DNA of 64,000 nucleotides from a virus (IMGVR_UViG_3300023202_000336:32001-96000); one strand, 5' to 3'. Counted from the stretch's first letter, positions 1 through 10,095 are shown. Program-made: numbers and translations. Notes: generated by a model from the sequence alone, not told the origin.

Positions 1-1
1 T

Positions 2-2221
2 TGGATCGTTTATGATTACGACGGTAACCTGCTTTGCATCGCATTAGATAATGAGGGCGAGGGTTGGAAGCTGACCGAGTGGGTTAATTTTGAGGGCCTC
101 TCGCAGAATAAGTTACGAGAGATGCTTGACATGGGGTTTATGACCATGTTGGAGGCAGCGAAAGGGCGCGACAGTTACACCTACATCATAGGTAATCACG
201 CCTTCGATTGGGCTGACGAGAACAGTTCCTACTTCAAGGAACTGTTAGGCGATAAGTTCGAAGGTAAGAACTCTGTTTCGATTGATATCGATTTGGACGA
301 GTTCAGATCTCAAGTGGAGAAGCTGGTTGCGCCGAAGGATGTTACTTTCAAGAAGGAGGCCGGTGAGGAGCGCGAACCAGAAGTCGATAATCATTCGTCA
401 GCGCCACAGCATAAGATGCGACCGAGAGCGGAACTTATCCTTTTCACGAAAGGCGGCGTCTATGCGATTGATAAGGGTGATTACCTCCTCTTTCCTGGTG
501 GTGGTGTCGACGACGGTGAAGAGCCTCGCGATGCGGCTATTCGGGAGACGATCGAGGAATCGAATCGTCACCCGATCAATGTCGACCAGTCCGGTATCGT
601 TGAAGCCGTCTGGCCTGAAGACAGTGGAAATGACTTTTGGGACGATTCGAAGTTCGATGGAGAACGGACGTACTTCTTTCTCGGCGTCGATTCCGGAGAA
701 GCTGGAGTTACGCATGACGACCAGGAGAAGTTCGAAGTCAAGTCGTTCGATACGATCATCGATCGATTGGGTGAGCTTATCGAAGACGAGAGCCAGCAGT
801 GGGCCCGGCGGAACAACGAGATTCGACGTGAACTCGTAACGCGAGCGAAAGAGAATGCGCAGCGAGACGAGGGGATGAAGCCGATGAAACGTGCGAGCAG
901 TTTCGAGGACTTCGTGGTCAAACGGGCTCAGCAGTATCTCGATAAGGGGATGTTGCCGCCTCCGTGGCTCTACGATGAAGTGAAAGAGGGTCAGGAGTAC
1001 GATATCACGCAGCAGGAAGAAGTGGTCGGTGACGCACAGGCCCCGGCGCAGCCGGCGCCACCTCCGATGCAGCAGATTCAGCAAGCGACTCCCGAAGCGA
1101 GATATCAGATTTCAGGAGCGCCAAAAGATTTCGACGAAGCGTTTGCTGATCAACTGCGTCAGCAGGTCACGCCGCAAGCACAGCCGGGGGCGCAGGTCCA
1201 GCCACGAGCCCAGACAGCTCCTGGAGGCGGTGTCGGTGCGCCTTACAAGGCTGCACAGGCGATCACGCATTCAGGAGCGTTTCGTCAGAGTACCCCCGAG
1301 CTTGTTACTTCCGGTGGTTCCGGTGATACGCTTCAGGACGAGCGGGAAGAGTATGGTGTTCCGGAATCGATGATGACGGAGCCCGGAGACGTCGGTAAGT
1401 CGACGAACGCACCTGCGATCGGGACGAATATCGTTCCGCCGCTCCAGAATGATCTCGAGAAAGAAGCGTCATTGAAGGAACGGATACGCCGGAAAGTAGC
1501 TGAAGCTGTTCCGTCGCCCCTTCGCTCGCTTACTGTTTTGATGCAGATAAAGGCTGCCGCTATGGCGCTCGAGGAAGAGTTGCGCGTCGGAACGAAGGAG
1601 GAGCTGGAGCATACGTCCGATCTGGATGAGGCAGAAGAGATCGCGCGTGAGCATCTCGAGGAAGACAAGAACTACTACGATAAGCTCGAAGACGCTGGTC
1701 TTTTGGACGCGACTCGTAACAAGGAGAAGAAAACCGCTGACGTTGTCCAGCTGATGCCGAGGCGTGAACAGATCCTTTTCACCCCTGAGGGAAAGCTGGT
1801 AGCACGTCCGACTGGTCGACGTCGGTTCGAGCTTCCGCAGGAAGGGCCGGGCCGCCCTGTTCCTTACGAGGAGCGTATCCCGTTCATCCCTCCGACTGGT
1901 ATCGAAGAACCCGGCTTCCATGGATATGATGTCGGCCTCCATATTGGCGAGGTTCCAGAAGTTCCCGAAGGGTTCGAAACAGTCGACCCTGAAGAGGCGC
2001 TGAAGCAGTTCTACGGAAGCATGGGTATCGCTGAGAATCGGCCGTATCGGCAGCTCGATCGTGCACGTGCACGCGCGATCCTTCGCTACCTGAAGCGCAA
2101 GAAGAAGGAGCGCGAAGAGGAGCGGCAGGAGCCGGTCACGGACGAGCCGATGAATCGTCCAGAATTTTCTACAACCGAGGGGACATTTAGTGAGGCGCCA
2201 GGGGCTGTTCGGGACTATTGA
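2..2221 (+). CDS. Multidomain protein: Nudix hydrolase, low-complexity linker, DUF5661-like domain (5-prime truncated by window edge)
   Basis: Frame is open from position 2 (WIVYDYDGNLL...) through the ATG at 122. Nudix box PGGGVDDGEEPRDAAIRETIEES at about 494-562. ELRVGTKEELEHTSDLDEAEEIAREHLEEDKNYYDKL matches the DUF5661 pattern from memory. Confidence 0.75.
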   Translation, partial: WIVYDYDGNLLCIALDNEGEGWKLTEWVNFEGLSQNKLREMLDMGFMTMLEAAKGRDSYTYIIGNHAFDWADENSSYFKELLGDKFEGKNSVSIDIDLDEFRSQVEKLVAPKDVTFKKEAGEEREPEVDNHSSAPQHKMRPRAELILFTKGGVYAIDKGDYLLFPGGGVDDGEEPRDAAIRETIEESNRHPINVDQSGIVEAVWPEDSGNDFWDDSKFDGERTYFFLGVDSGEAGVTHDDQEKFEVKSFDTIIDRLGELIEDESQQWARRNNEIRRELVTRAKENAQRDEGMKPMKRASSFEDFVVKRAQQYLDKGMLPPPWLYDEVKEGQEYDITQQEEVVGDAQAPAQPAPPPMQQIQQATPEARYQISGAPKDFDEAFADQLRQQVTPQAQPGAQVQPRAQTAPGGGVGAPYKAAQAITHSGAFRQSTPELVTSGGSGDTLQDEREEYGVPESMMTEPGDVGKSTNAPAIGTNIVPPLQNDLEKEASLKERIRRKVAEAVPSPLRSLTVLMQIKAAAMALEEELRVGTKEELEHTSDLDEAEEIAREHLEEDKNYYDKLEDAGLLDATRNKEKKTADVVQLMPRREQILFTPEGKLVARPTGRRRFELPQEGPGRPVPYEERIPFIPPTGIEEPGFHGYDVGLHIGEVPEVPEGFETVDPEEALKQFYGSMGIAENRPYRQLDRARARAILRYLKRKKKEREEERQEPVTDEPMNRPEFSTTEGTFSEAPGAVRDY

Positions 2222-2993
2222 GGTTCGTGATTCGGACGGATCACGTGAGTTGCTGATCAACGATCAGCGTCAAGGTGGGTCGTATCTTTTTCCGGATGCC
2301 TCTTCCGTCTCCGATCGCTCCGGTCCTGGCCCGGTTTCGAGTTCGCCGTATCACTATGGTTGGCTCATCGCAGGCGTTATGAATCCGACCGGAAGCGGAC
2401 TCATGACTGGCCTTGGAAGCGGCGCAGGTGCGGTTCAGTTGCTTGCGAACTTTTCAGGCGTTGATCTTACCGTCGTTGAGATCGATCCGAACGTGGTTCA
2501 ACTCGCGCTGAAGGCGTATCCGTTGATCGGCCATTACATTAATCTCGGCCAACTGAATATCGTGATCGACGACGCAGGTTCGTACCTTTCCCGTCGATAC
2601 GATAAATGGGATTTCGGCCTCGTTGATACCTACGATGGCGCTGATGCGCTCATTGATAAGTCGCTTCCGAAAGTCGCCGATCGCTGCGAACATCTCTACA
2701 TCAATGCGATCGATCGGTTCAACGGGCCTTCGATTTCGAAGATCACGGCGATAATGGCGGTACTCGAGAAGCCGATCGTCGAGGTTTTCAAGATCACGAC
2801 GCCAGAAGCAGTCGCTTTCTACGAGGATCGGTCGAACTGGATTCTCACGACAGAAGAGCCAGACTGGGTTAAACTCTCGAAATTCGAGCCGTTTCGGGAC
2901 ATTGATCACCAGAACGCCGATCGGGCCCGATTCATGTGGGACTACTTGCTCTCGAGCTCGATCTCGGAAGTTAACCCGCTCTTGCAAAATTGA
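2190..2993 (+). CDS. Spermidine-synthase-like class I SAM-dependent methyltransferase/aminopropyltransferase
   Basis: GLGSGAG glycine loop, VVEIDP, IVIDDA, GLVDTYDG motifs. GTG start overlaps the upstream gene end. Confidence 0.72.
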   Translation: MRRQGLFGTIEVRDSDGSRELLINDQRQGGSYLFPDASSVSDRSGPGPVSSSPYHYGWLIAGVMNPTGSGLMTGLGSGAGAVQLLANFSGVDLTVVEIDPNVVQLALKAYPLIGHYINLGQLNIVIDDAGSYLSRRYDKWDFGLVDTYDGADALIDKSLPKVADRCEHLYINAIDRFNGPSISKITAIMAVLEKPIVEVFKITTPEAVAFYEDRSNWILTTEEPDWVKLSKFEPFRDIDHQNADRARFMWDYLLSSSISEVNPLLQN

Positions 2994-3028
2994 GGAAACA
3001 GCGATAGTGTTCCACGAGGAACACTTCC

Positions 3029-3805
3029 ATGGGTATCAGCTACTGTAAGGACCTCTCCCGTTTACCGGCGAAAGCGAGGGCTCAGAAAGTGGAAGGAAAC
3101 GAGGGGCTCCCGAAGAACGCGGCGGTCGCCGGAGCAACAAGCAGTGCGATCAAGGTCATACGAGGTGAGGATCCGGATTCCCCGGTAGAATATCTCGATG
3201 AGGTCGGAGGCGGGTCTGCACCTGCGCCGAATAACGATGATAAAGCCGTTTACGTCAGGCACCCTCCAGAGGAGCTTTTGAAGCGTGGCATCAAAGAGGA
3301 TCCAGCTGCGCTCAGCCGGGTTCCCGACCGCGTGAAGACGGCCGAGGACGTTCAGAAGGCGCAGGAGAGAAAGCAGGAGGAGCGGTCAGAGGAGCATATT
3401 CGGCCAGCTCCAGCGCCGGAGCCCGCGCCGGTCAAAGCGGCCCCGAGGGCAGCTTCGAAGCCCGAGGGCGGAGAGCGGAAAACGACGAATTTCGTCGGAC
3501 GTCATCCGGCCGCGAAGCCGCTTGAGAAGGTACGTCTTGCGATCTCGAGCCCGACGATGGGAAAGGTGCGAACGACTGCACTTTACGTCTCCGTGTCGCC
3601 CTCTATCGTAGCGATTATCTATTCCGGCGAAGATGAATCGAATATCTTCGAGCCCCCGGCACTCGGCAAAGAGAACCCGATTACGGTCGAATATGATGGG
3701 AATTCGTATGAATGCTGGTGTTTTGGATTCAGTTCAGAAGTCAATATCCCTGCGTTCGGGAATGCGCCGGCTTTGTTGGTTGTTCTGCCCCGCTGTCCTG
3801 AATAA
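3029..3805 (+). CDS. Hypothetical protein (Pro/Ala-rich middle, beta-rich C-terminal domain)
   Basis: 258-aa ORF with GAGGA RBS, fits the operon tiling; no recognised motif. Confidence 0.65.
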   Translation: MGISYCKDLSRLPAKARAQKVEGNEGLPKNAAVAGATSSAIKVIRGEDPDSPVEYLDEVGGGSAPAPNNDDKAVYVRHPPEELLKRGIKEDPAALSRVPDRVKTAEDVQKAQERKQEERSEEHIRPAPAPEPAPVKAAPRAASKPEGGERKTTNFVGRHPAAKPLEKVRLAISSPTMGKVRTTALYVSVSPSIVAIIYSGEDESNIFEPPALGKENPITVEYDGNSYECWCFGFSSEVNIPAFGNAPALLVVLPRCPE

Positions 3806-3832
3806 CCTTGCGTAATTATATAAGCGAGAATC

Positions 3833-6703
3833 ATGCCTTCCAATTTCGCTTTCAGCCCGACTCATAGCTCGCTCATCCCGACGATGAGTAACCAGCCCTT
3901 CGGTGCCGAGCAGCTGACGCCGAATTTCCGAAACTTCCCGACACCGTGGCTCGATTATTCGACGGTCGCGGTGCCCGATAACCACGAACTGGTGATGTGG
4001 TGGGCCCAGTACTTGTGGATCATGGATGGGAACTTCAGAACGGCGATGGAGCGCGTCGCGGCACATTTTGTCACGACCATCGACTTCCCTGACCTTGAGC
4101 CGGGGGAGGAGTCTGTTTGGAAGGACCTTTTCCTTCAGTTCCTCGATTACCGCGCTGAGCTTATGGCTGCGGCGATGGACTACCTGTGTTTCCGAGGCGA
4201 TACGCGGGTGGTGGCTCGCGACGGGATCTATGAGATCTGCGAGCTTGAGGGGAAGGAAGTAGACGTCTTGTCAGAAGGCGGTGTCTATAGGCCGGCCAAG
4301 TTCAAGCGGTTCGGGATCCAGGAGCTTATGGAGGTCGAGTTTAGTGACGGGCGCACCGTGCTCGCTACTCCCGAGCATCAGTGGATCGTTGAAAGTAACG
4401 GTGGATCTATTCGTGTCCCGACTACCCAGCTGGCCGGTCGGCGTATAGAGCGTACCGTAGCTGAGCGTCCCGAGCGCGGTAACGGTTATTCCGAAGGAGT
4501 CCGTCACGGGTTCGTTTTTGGAGATGGATCTACTTATAACAAGCATCGAGAGAATCAGTTCTCGGTAGCGAACTTCTACGGTGATAAGACGGAACTGCTC
4601 CCCTATTTCGAAGGGTTCGGAGGGGAGCCGCGTAAATACGAGTACAGTTACGGAGCTGCCGTTATTAAGATACACGGGCTTCCGGCTCATTATAAACAGC
4701 TCCCGGATCCCGAAGTGAGTGCTGAGTATTGGTACGGATTCGTAAGTGGATTTCTTGCGGCAGACGGGTCTGTCGATACGCATGGTTGTGTTATTCTCAC
4801 TCAGGAGGCGAAAGAGACGCTCGCATCGATAGTCGAACAGCTTCCGCGTATCGGAATGGTCGCAGGACCGATCCGTGGTTACACTCAGGAAAGGACTTTG
4901 CCTGAGTACGACGGAGAGCAGAGGTCTGGTGAGACCACGATGCATTACGTGACGCTTCTGAAGCGTTTCATGCAGCCGGAAGATTTGCTTCTTTCAGGGC
5001 ATCGAGCTAAGTTCGAGGACAAATGGAAAGCGACCAATTACGGTAAATATATTCACGTGAAGAGCGTGAAAGAGACCGGCATCGTCGAAGATGTATACTG
5101 CTGTGTCGAGCACGAGACACACTCTTTCGTTATCGAAAACGGGATACTTACCGGCAATTGCTATGGGAATCTGGTTACGACGCTTTACCTTCCGTTCCGC
5201 CGTTACATGCGGTGCAGGCGGTGCGCACTCGAGCAGCCTATCGAGCGACTCAGCTATAATCTCCAGTTTTCCGCATCACCGCCGCATCTGATCTGGCGCC
5301 GCCGTGCCGATTGTCCGCGTTGCGGCGATAGTGCTCCTTACGAAGTAGTCGATCGTCGTGATAGCGATCTCGGGAAGGTCCGCATTAATCGTTACGATCC
5401 TTCTGATATTGAGATCGCCTGGAACAGGCATAGTCATAAGAAGGATATTTACTGGAGGATTCCCGAGGAGGACCGTCGAGATATTCTCGGAAAAGCCCGT
5501 ATCCATATCGATACGACTCCGCTCGAGGTTCTCGAGGCGGTTGCTGTCAACGGGAGACTTCGTTTCGAAGATAACATGGTCTTCCATCAGGCCGAACCTA
5601 ATATCTCCGGGATCAAGACGAGAGGCTGGGGTATTCCCCGGTCTATCTCGAACTTCAGGACCGCATGGCTTCAGCAATTGATCAACAAGCTCGATCAGGC
5701 AGTTGCGATCGATTACACGCTCGGTATCCGGCTTATCAGCCCGGCTGAGACGTCCGGATCTACTGACCCGCTTCAGACGCAAGGGCTTGAAAACTTTGCC
5801 TCGAAGATGAGTTCGATCGTTCAGGAGCACCGGGCGAACCCGGCGTCGTACCATACGTCGCCGTACCCGGTAAACTATCAGTTCCTCGGTGGCGAAGGCA
5901 GCGACGTCATGCCGGCTGATAAGATCAAGTTCCGTCAGCAGGAGTACCTGAACCAGCTCGGCGTGCCGCTCGAGTATCATCAGATGAATCTGCAGTCGCA
6001 GGCAGCGCCGATGTCGCTTCGGATGTTTGAAGCGTTCTGGCAGGGTATTCCGAGCTTCTACAATCGCCTCCTCGAGTGGGTCACCACGACGCTCTCGCGC
6101 GTGTACAACCTCGAGGATACACGCGTTCAGATGCAGAAGACCACGATCGCTGATGATCTCGAGCGTAAGGCGGTACTGTTGCAGCTGATGTCCGCGAACC
6201 AGCTCAGCCCGGAGACGGCGCTGCGTCCGTACGGCATCGATGCGCACGAGGAAGTGAAGAAGGTCTTCTCGCACGAGGACTACGTGGCGAGATTGCAGCG
6301 TGAGGCGGAAGAGCGTCAGCTGAATCGTGAAGAGATGGGTGTCATGAAGGGCATGTCGGCGCACCCGACTCCGTCGCAGATGGCGATGCAGCAGCAGGGG
6401 GCTGCTGCCGGGGGGATGCAGCCGCCTCCTCCTGGCACCCCGATGGGCGGCGTTCCGGCCGGCGGCCTCCCGCAGATGGGCCCGACCCCGCAGAGTCTCG
6501 AGGCTATGGGCGAGCAGGCCGAAATGATCGCTCAGCAGCTGGTGGGTCTTGATGAGTATACTCGGAAGCAGGAGCTCAAGGCGCTGCGGGAGTCGAATAA
6601 GGATCTGCATGCGCTTGTGACGAAGAGCATGGAGGAGATTCGGAGTGCTGCCCGCTCGGAGGGTGGACACATGCTCCTTTCACAAGGGGCAGGGGGCGTG
6701 TAA
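3833..6703 (+). CDS. Portal protein (intein-containing, with CxxC..CxxC insert)
   Basis: Spliced extein reads MDYL|CYGNLVTT (portal-like D..YGN motif) and has FHQAEP..RGWGIP. Gln/Pro-rich C-terminal tail. Position precedes head genes. Confidence 0.72.
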   Translation: MPSNFAFSPTHSSLIPTMSNQPFGAEQLTPNFRNFPTPWLDYSTVAVPDNHELVMWWAQYLWIMDGNFRTAMERVAAHFVTTIDFPDLEPGEESVWKDLFLQFLDYRAELMAAAMDYLCFRGDTRVVARDGIYEICELEGKEVDVLSEGGVYRPAKFKRFGIQELMEVEFSDGRTVLATPEHQWIVESNGGSIRVPTTQLAGRRIERTVAERPERGNGYSEGVRHGFVFGDGSTYNKHRENQFSVANFYGDKTELLPYFEGFGGEPRKYEYSYGAAVIKIHGLPAHYKQLPDPEVSAEYWYGFVSGFLAADGSVDTHGCVILTQEAKETLASIVEQLPRIGMVAGPIRGYTQERTLPEYDGEQRSGETTMHYVTLLKRFMQPEDLLLSGHRAKFEDKWKATNYGKYIHVKSVKETGIVEDVYCCVEHETHSFVIENGILTGNCYGNLVTTLYLPFRRYMRCRRCALEQPIERLSYNLQFSASPPHLIWRRRADCPRCGDSAPYEVVDRRDSDLGKVRINRYDPSDIEIAWNRHSHKKDIYWRIPEEDRRDILGKARIHIDTTPLEVLEAVAVNGRLRFEDNMVFHQAEPNISGIKTRGWGIPRSISNFRTAWLQQLINKLDQAVAIDYTLGIRLISPAETSGSTDPLQTQGLENFASKMSSIVQEHRANPASYHTSPYPVNYQFLGGEGSDVMPADKIKFRQQEYLNQLGVPLEYHQMNLQSQAAPMSLRMFEAFWQGIPSFYNRLLEWVTTTLSRVYNLEDTRVQMQKTTIADDLERKAVLLQLMSANQLSPETALRPYGIDAHEEVKKVFSHEDYVARLQREAEERQLNREEMGVMKGMSAHPTPSQMAMQQQGAAAGGMQPPPPGTPMGGVPAGGLPQMGPTPQSLEAMGEQAEMIAQQLVGLDEYTRKQELKALRESNKDLHALVTKSMEEIRSAARSEGGHMLLSQGAGGV
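4187..5158 (+). mobile_element. Intein with LAGLIDADG homing endonuclease in portal (324 aa)
   Basis: Starts CFRGDTRV; block B LATPEHQW; LAGLIDADG helices HGFVFGDGS and SGFLAADGSV; ends HSFVIENGILTGN, followed by Cys(+1). Confidence 0.93.
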
Positions 6704-6732
6704 GCTATCCTCCGTAGCGAGGAATACCTTCG

Positions 6733-7278
6733 ATGGCGTTATTTTCGAGACTGCGCAGGACACTCGGACGAGCGGGTGAGGGCGCAAGAGAACGTATAGA
6801 GCCGATTCTCAAGTACGACATCAAGGGAGCGCCCGGAGCGGCCTGGAGAGGTGCGCGTCGGGGGGTAAGAGGCGGAATAGAGCGCTACAAAAATCTTTCT
6901 CCTGAGGCGAGAAAGGCGTTGACGGTTGGCACAGGCGGTACCGGAGCAGCTCTGGGGACGTACCATTTCGCGGGGAAACCGCTCGCCGAGAAGTATCAGA
7001 ATTTGGCGTGGCCGGAGCAGGTAGAAGACCCGGACACTCCTGGAGAACTCATTCCTGGTAGGCAGCCGGGTGAGCTTGGCGCGACTGATATGAAGGTTCC
7101 GCTGTCGCAACGTATGGCCGCCGGCACCAGGGAGACCATCCCTGGAAGAACCGGTGAGTTACTCGGCGGTGCGATCGATTTTGCCGGACGACACCCTTTT
7201 ATTACTGCTGGCGCTGTCGGTGTACCCGCGCTCGCTCTTTATTATCTTTTGAGTAAAGACGACGATGAACGCCGATGA
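6733..7278 (+). CDS. Hypothetical Gly/Ala-rich protein with two hydrophobic helices (candidate ejection protein)
   Basis: VGTGGTGAALGTYHF and FITAGAVGVPALALYYLL segments; no Cys; overlaps next start (ATGA). Confidence 0.7.
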   Translation: MALFSRLRRTLGRAGEGARERIEPILKYDIKGAPGAAWRGARRGVRGGIERYKNLSPEARKALTVGTGGTGAALGTYHFAGKPLAEKYQNLAWPEQVEDPDTPGELIPGRQPGELGATDMKVPLSQRMAAGTRETIPGRTGELLGGAIDFAGRHPFITAGAVGVPALALYYLLSKDDDERR

Positions 7279-10094
7279 CACTCGCGAAGAAGATCGAGAA
7301 GAGACGGCGCGCGACCATGAAGGGCTCGAAAGGTAATTTGAGCCAGCACCCCGTCCGTAACCTTCATGCTCCGCGTAAAGCGAAGCTGGACGGCGACGGC
7401 TGGGAGTACTTCTACAAGCAGGCGATGCAGAAGTTTGCAGCCGAAGAGAGGAGTCGGCTGCGCCATATCCTTTATGTAATGGGCCGATCTCTCCAGGCTA
7501 TAAGGCCCGAGGCGCTTCAGAAGTTCGACAATAATCCGATGAAGTTTACCAATTATCTTATGGAGAATTCTGAGCATATTATTCCGACCGTGAGCGCTTA
7601 TAGTGCGATTACCGGAGATCCAGAGTTCGCGAGAGCTGCACGGTATCTGACTAGTCAGACGACCGGTCTCGAAAATATCGATGAAGTTAACGATGCGCTG
7701 AAGATAGAAGGACTCGACCTGCTCGGAAGCTTAGCGGTGGTAGGAACTCCGATAAAGGGGCTTACGAGACAGGCTGCGGAGTGGGGACCGAACGCTTATG
7801 CGATACATTATACGCTCGATCAGGTTTCGGGAGGGAAGGCTCGCGAATACATTGCCGAGGCGATAGAGCCACATGTGGACAAGTTGGAAGCGCATATCAA
7901 TGTTCATGAGTCACAGGCGAAGCTCAATAACGCGTTGATGTCGGGGGCTGGCGAGGAGGAAATTGAAGGTCTTCGGAGTCAGCTTCGGAATAACCGTGAA
8001 CGACTTATCGTCGAGAAGTCGCAAGGTTTCGCCCCTGATTACGAGACGACCGCGAAAGAAGTATCGGCTATGCGAGAGCTTGGTCTCGACGGGACAAAGC
8101 TTCTCGCTGAATCTTTTGCGATCGGTCTTTCTCCTATACAATATCCATGGATTCGATTTGGGCTCGAGCACTCTGGCCTCGGGCCAACCGCTATTCAGCG
8201 TACCCGAACCGAGGCGGAAGCGCGTGCTAGAAACGTCTCTGACCCAGGGGTTGAAGGCCAAACTTTACTACGAGGTATCCCTGGGACACCCTATAGGCCT
8301 GGCGACACCGTTACTCCTGAGATAAGGAGCGAGCTTCAACAGAAGGGGGTCGAGACTATCGCGGTAGTTCCCCCTGAGAGTACTGCTGAGAGATCGGCAC
8401 GTTTGGGCGCCGAGATTTCGTCGACAATAGCTGAATCGGCGGTCGGTATGAATGCTCTCCGGAGGGCGAGAGCCGCGGCGAAAGCGGCTCCGCGTGGATC
8501 ATCAAGGCTGTTTACTGCGGCCGGAAAAGCTGGGAGAGGAGCCGCTGCGTTTGGGAAAGCTCTCGCGAAATACTCTCCTCTTATAAGAGGAGTGATAGGG
8601 GGTGCAGAAGGCTATCATGCGATGAAGCCGGGGGCTCGTGAGCAGGTCTCGCAGCGGATAGCGGATATATATCGAGAAGAGAGAGATCTTCCTTGGTACG
8701 AGAGGGCTGGACGTGCGGCGCGGGATATCGGTGAAGGAGTCACCGGTTTAGGAGACCCGCAGCAGGCTCGAGCGCGACTTGCCGCCATGTGGGGTGCCCC
8801 TGGGCCCGAGGGGAAGTCCCGCGAAGAGATTCTTCAGGAACTTGAGCGTACTGAGAACTTCCGGGAGATGACTGCGCAAGCCGCATCAGATGTAACGGAT
8901 ATCATGCCGGGGATCGATCCCATTCGTGCCGAATGGATGGGCGCGACGATTGCGCTCAATCGCCTCCGTATAGCGGAGGGCGAACGCGCCGGTCCCGGGT
9001 ACGTTGCTGACCCTGCGCTTCGTGCACGCATTGAAGGGATGTCTTCGGAAGAACTTCAGACGGAGCTTACTGAGGCGGAGCGTCAGGCTTATCACACTCA
9101 CGCCTTCGATGAAGCGCTGCCTCATATACTCGAAGGCCACCACCCGTACGACGTAACGACGATTGAAAATGCTCGTAGACTTCTGCATCAGATGGGGCCT
9201 GCCGCATTTTCTCGGATGTTTTTAGATGCGGTCGACGAGCAGATAGTACCTACGAGACATGCTCTTGGGAAGCAGCTCCTTCGGCCCAGTGGAAACATTC
9301 CGACAGGTACTATTGTTACTCCCGAGATACAGCAGAAACTCCGTAGCGAGGGGGTAGAAGGCGTCGTAGCGGCGACATATTATCCGAATAGAGAGTTGAT
9401 GACCTATCTTCAGGAAGGTTCGAAAACTCCCGAGGGCGAGAGTAATCTTCTTCCTTATAGAGTAGATCCCGAGAAAAGACCGTTGGTTGCACGATTCACT
9501 GATCGTACGGAGCAGCCGCTTCGTCATCGCATGGAGCAGCAGCGCGAGAGAGCGCATAAGATTCGGAGACGACGTTGGAGAGAGCTGGGGAGGGCGCATC
9601 AGAAGGAGCTCCGTGAGCGAGAGCGGGCACAGCGAAGCGCTGAAACAGAGCGACGGCTCAGCGAAATGGACCGGGAGTTTGAGGAGGAATATCAGAGGTG
9701 GGAGCAAGCCCGTCGTCGACAAGACCGTCAGCAGCAAGAGGCGATGGACCTCCGTCACGCTCAGCAGTCGAAGCTGACGCAACGGGTACTCGACTGGAGT
9801 CGAGGCCGCCGTTCTCCGACAAGAAGGCCTACGATACCGGCGGGGGTGGCTCGTGCTGAGATTGCGCAGCATCTTCAGCGCAAGGGACAGCTTACCCCCG
9901 GTACCAGGAGAGCGATCTCCGAGGCTCGGCATCTCCCTCCGGCGGGGCCGCAGCAGCAGAAGGCGCTTCCGCAGACGCGTTTGAGTGATTACAGAGGTCA
10001 GTTCGAGCCCCCGTCCGTTGACGTCCAGGGTTCTACAGCGCAGAATGTATTCGCGGACGCAGGTCCGCTCGATCTCGTGGAACACGGACCTTAG
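7275..10094 (+). CDS. Large hypothetical protein (939 aa, Cys-free, Arg/Glu coiled-coil C-terminus)
   Basis: Long ORF coupled to neighbours. Two internal PG(D/T)T(V/I)(V/T)PEI..L..GV modules. N-terminal YKQAMQKFAAEE motif. Confidence 0.8.
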   Translation: MTLAKKIEKRRRATMKGSKGNLSQHPVRNLHAPRKAKLDGDGWEYFYKQAMQKFAAEERSRLRHILYVMGRSLQAIRPEALQKFDNNPMKFTNYLMENSEHIIPTVSAYSAITGDPEFARAARYLTSQTTGLENIDEVNDALKIEGLDLLGSLAVVGTPIKGLTRQAAEWGPNAYAIHYTLDQVSGGKAREYIAEAIEPHVDKLEAHINVHESQAKLNNALMSGAGEEEIEGLRSQLRNNRERLIVEKSQGFAPDYETTAKEVSAMRELGLDGTKLLAESFAIGLSPIQYPWIRFGLEHSGLGPTAIQRTRTEAEARARNVSDPGVEGQTLLRGIPGTPYRPGDTVTPEIRSELQQKGVETIAVVPPESTAERSARLGAEISSTIAESAVGMNALRRARAAAKAAPRGSSRLFTAAGKAGRGAAAFGKALAKYSPLIRGVIGGAEGYHAMKPGAREQVSQRIADIYREERDLPWYERAGRAARDIGEGVTGLGDPQQARARLAAMWGAPGPEGKSREEILQELERTENFREMTAQAASDVTDIMPGIDPIRAEWMGATIALNRLRIAEGERAGPGYVADPALRARIEGMSSEELQTELTEAERQAYHTHAFDEALPHILEGHHPYDVTTIENARRLLHQMGPAAFSRMFLDAVDEQIVPTRHALGKQLLRPSGNIPTGTIVTPEIQQKLRSEGVEGVVAATYYPNRELMTYLQEGSKTPEGESNLLPYRVDPEKRPLVARFTDRTEQPLRHRMEQQRERAHKIRRRRWRELGRAHQKELRERERAQRSAETERRLSEMDREFEEEYQRWEQARRRQDRQQQEAMDLRHAQQSKLTQRVLDWSRGRRSPTRRPTIPAGVARAEIAQHLQRKGQLTPGTRRAISEARHLPPAGPQQQKALPQTRLSDYRGQFEPPSVDVQGSTAQNVFADAGPLDLVEHGP

Positions 10095-10095
10095 T

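Noticed and set aside
3007-3024. Hairpin GTGTTCC-ACGA-GGAACAC covering an RBS, as an N4-type hairpin promoter
   Set aside because: Single occurrence, and hairpin promoters are known for the single-subunit N4 enzyme. At most a translational control element.
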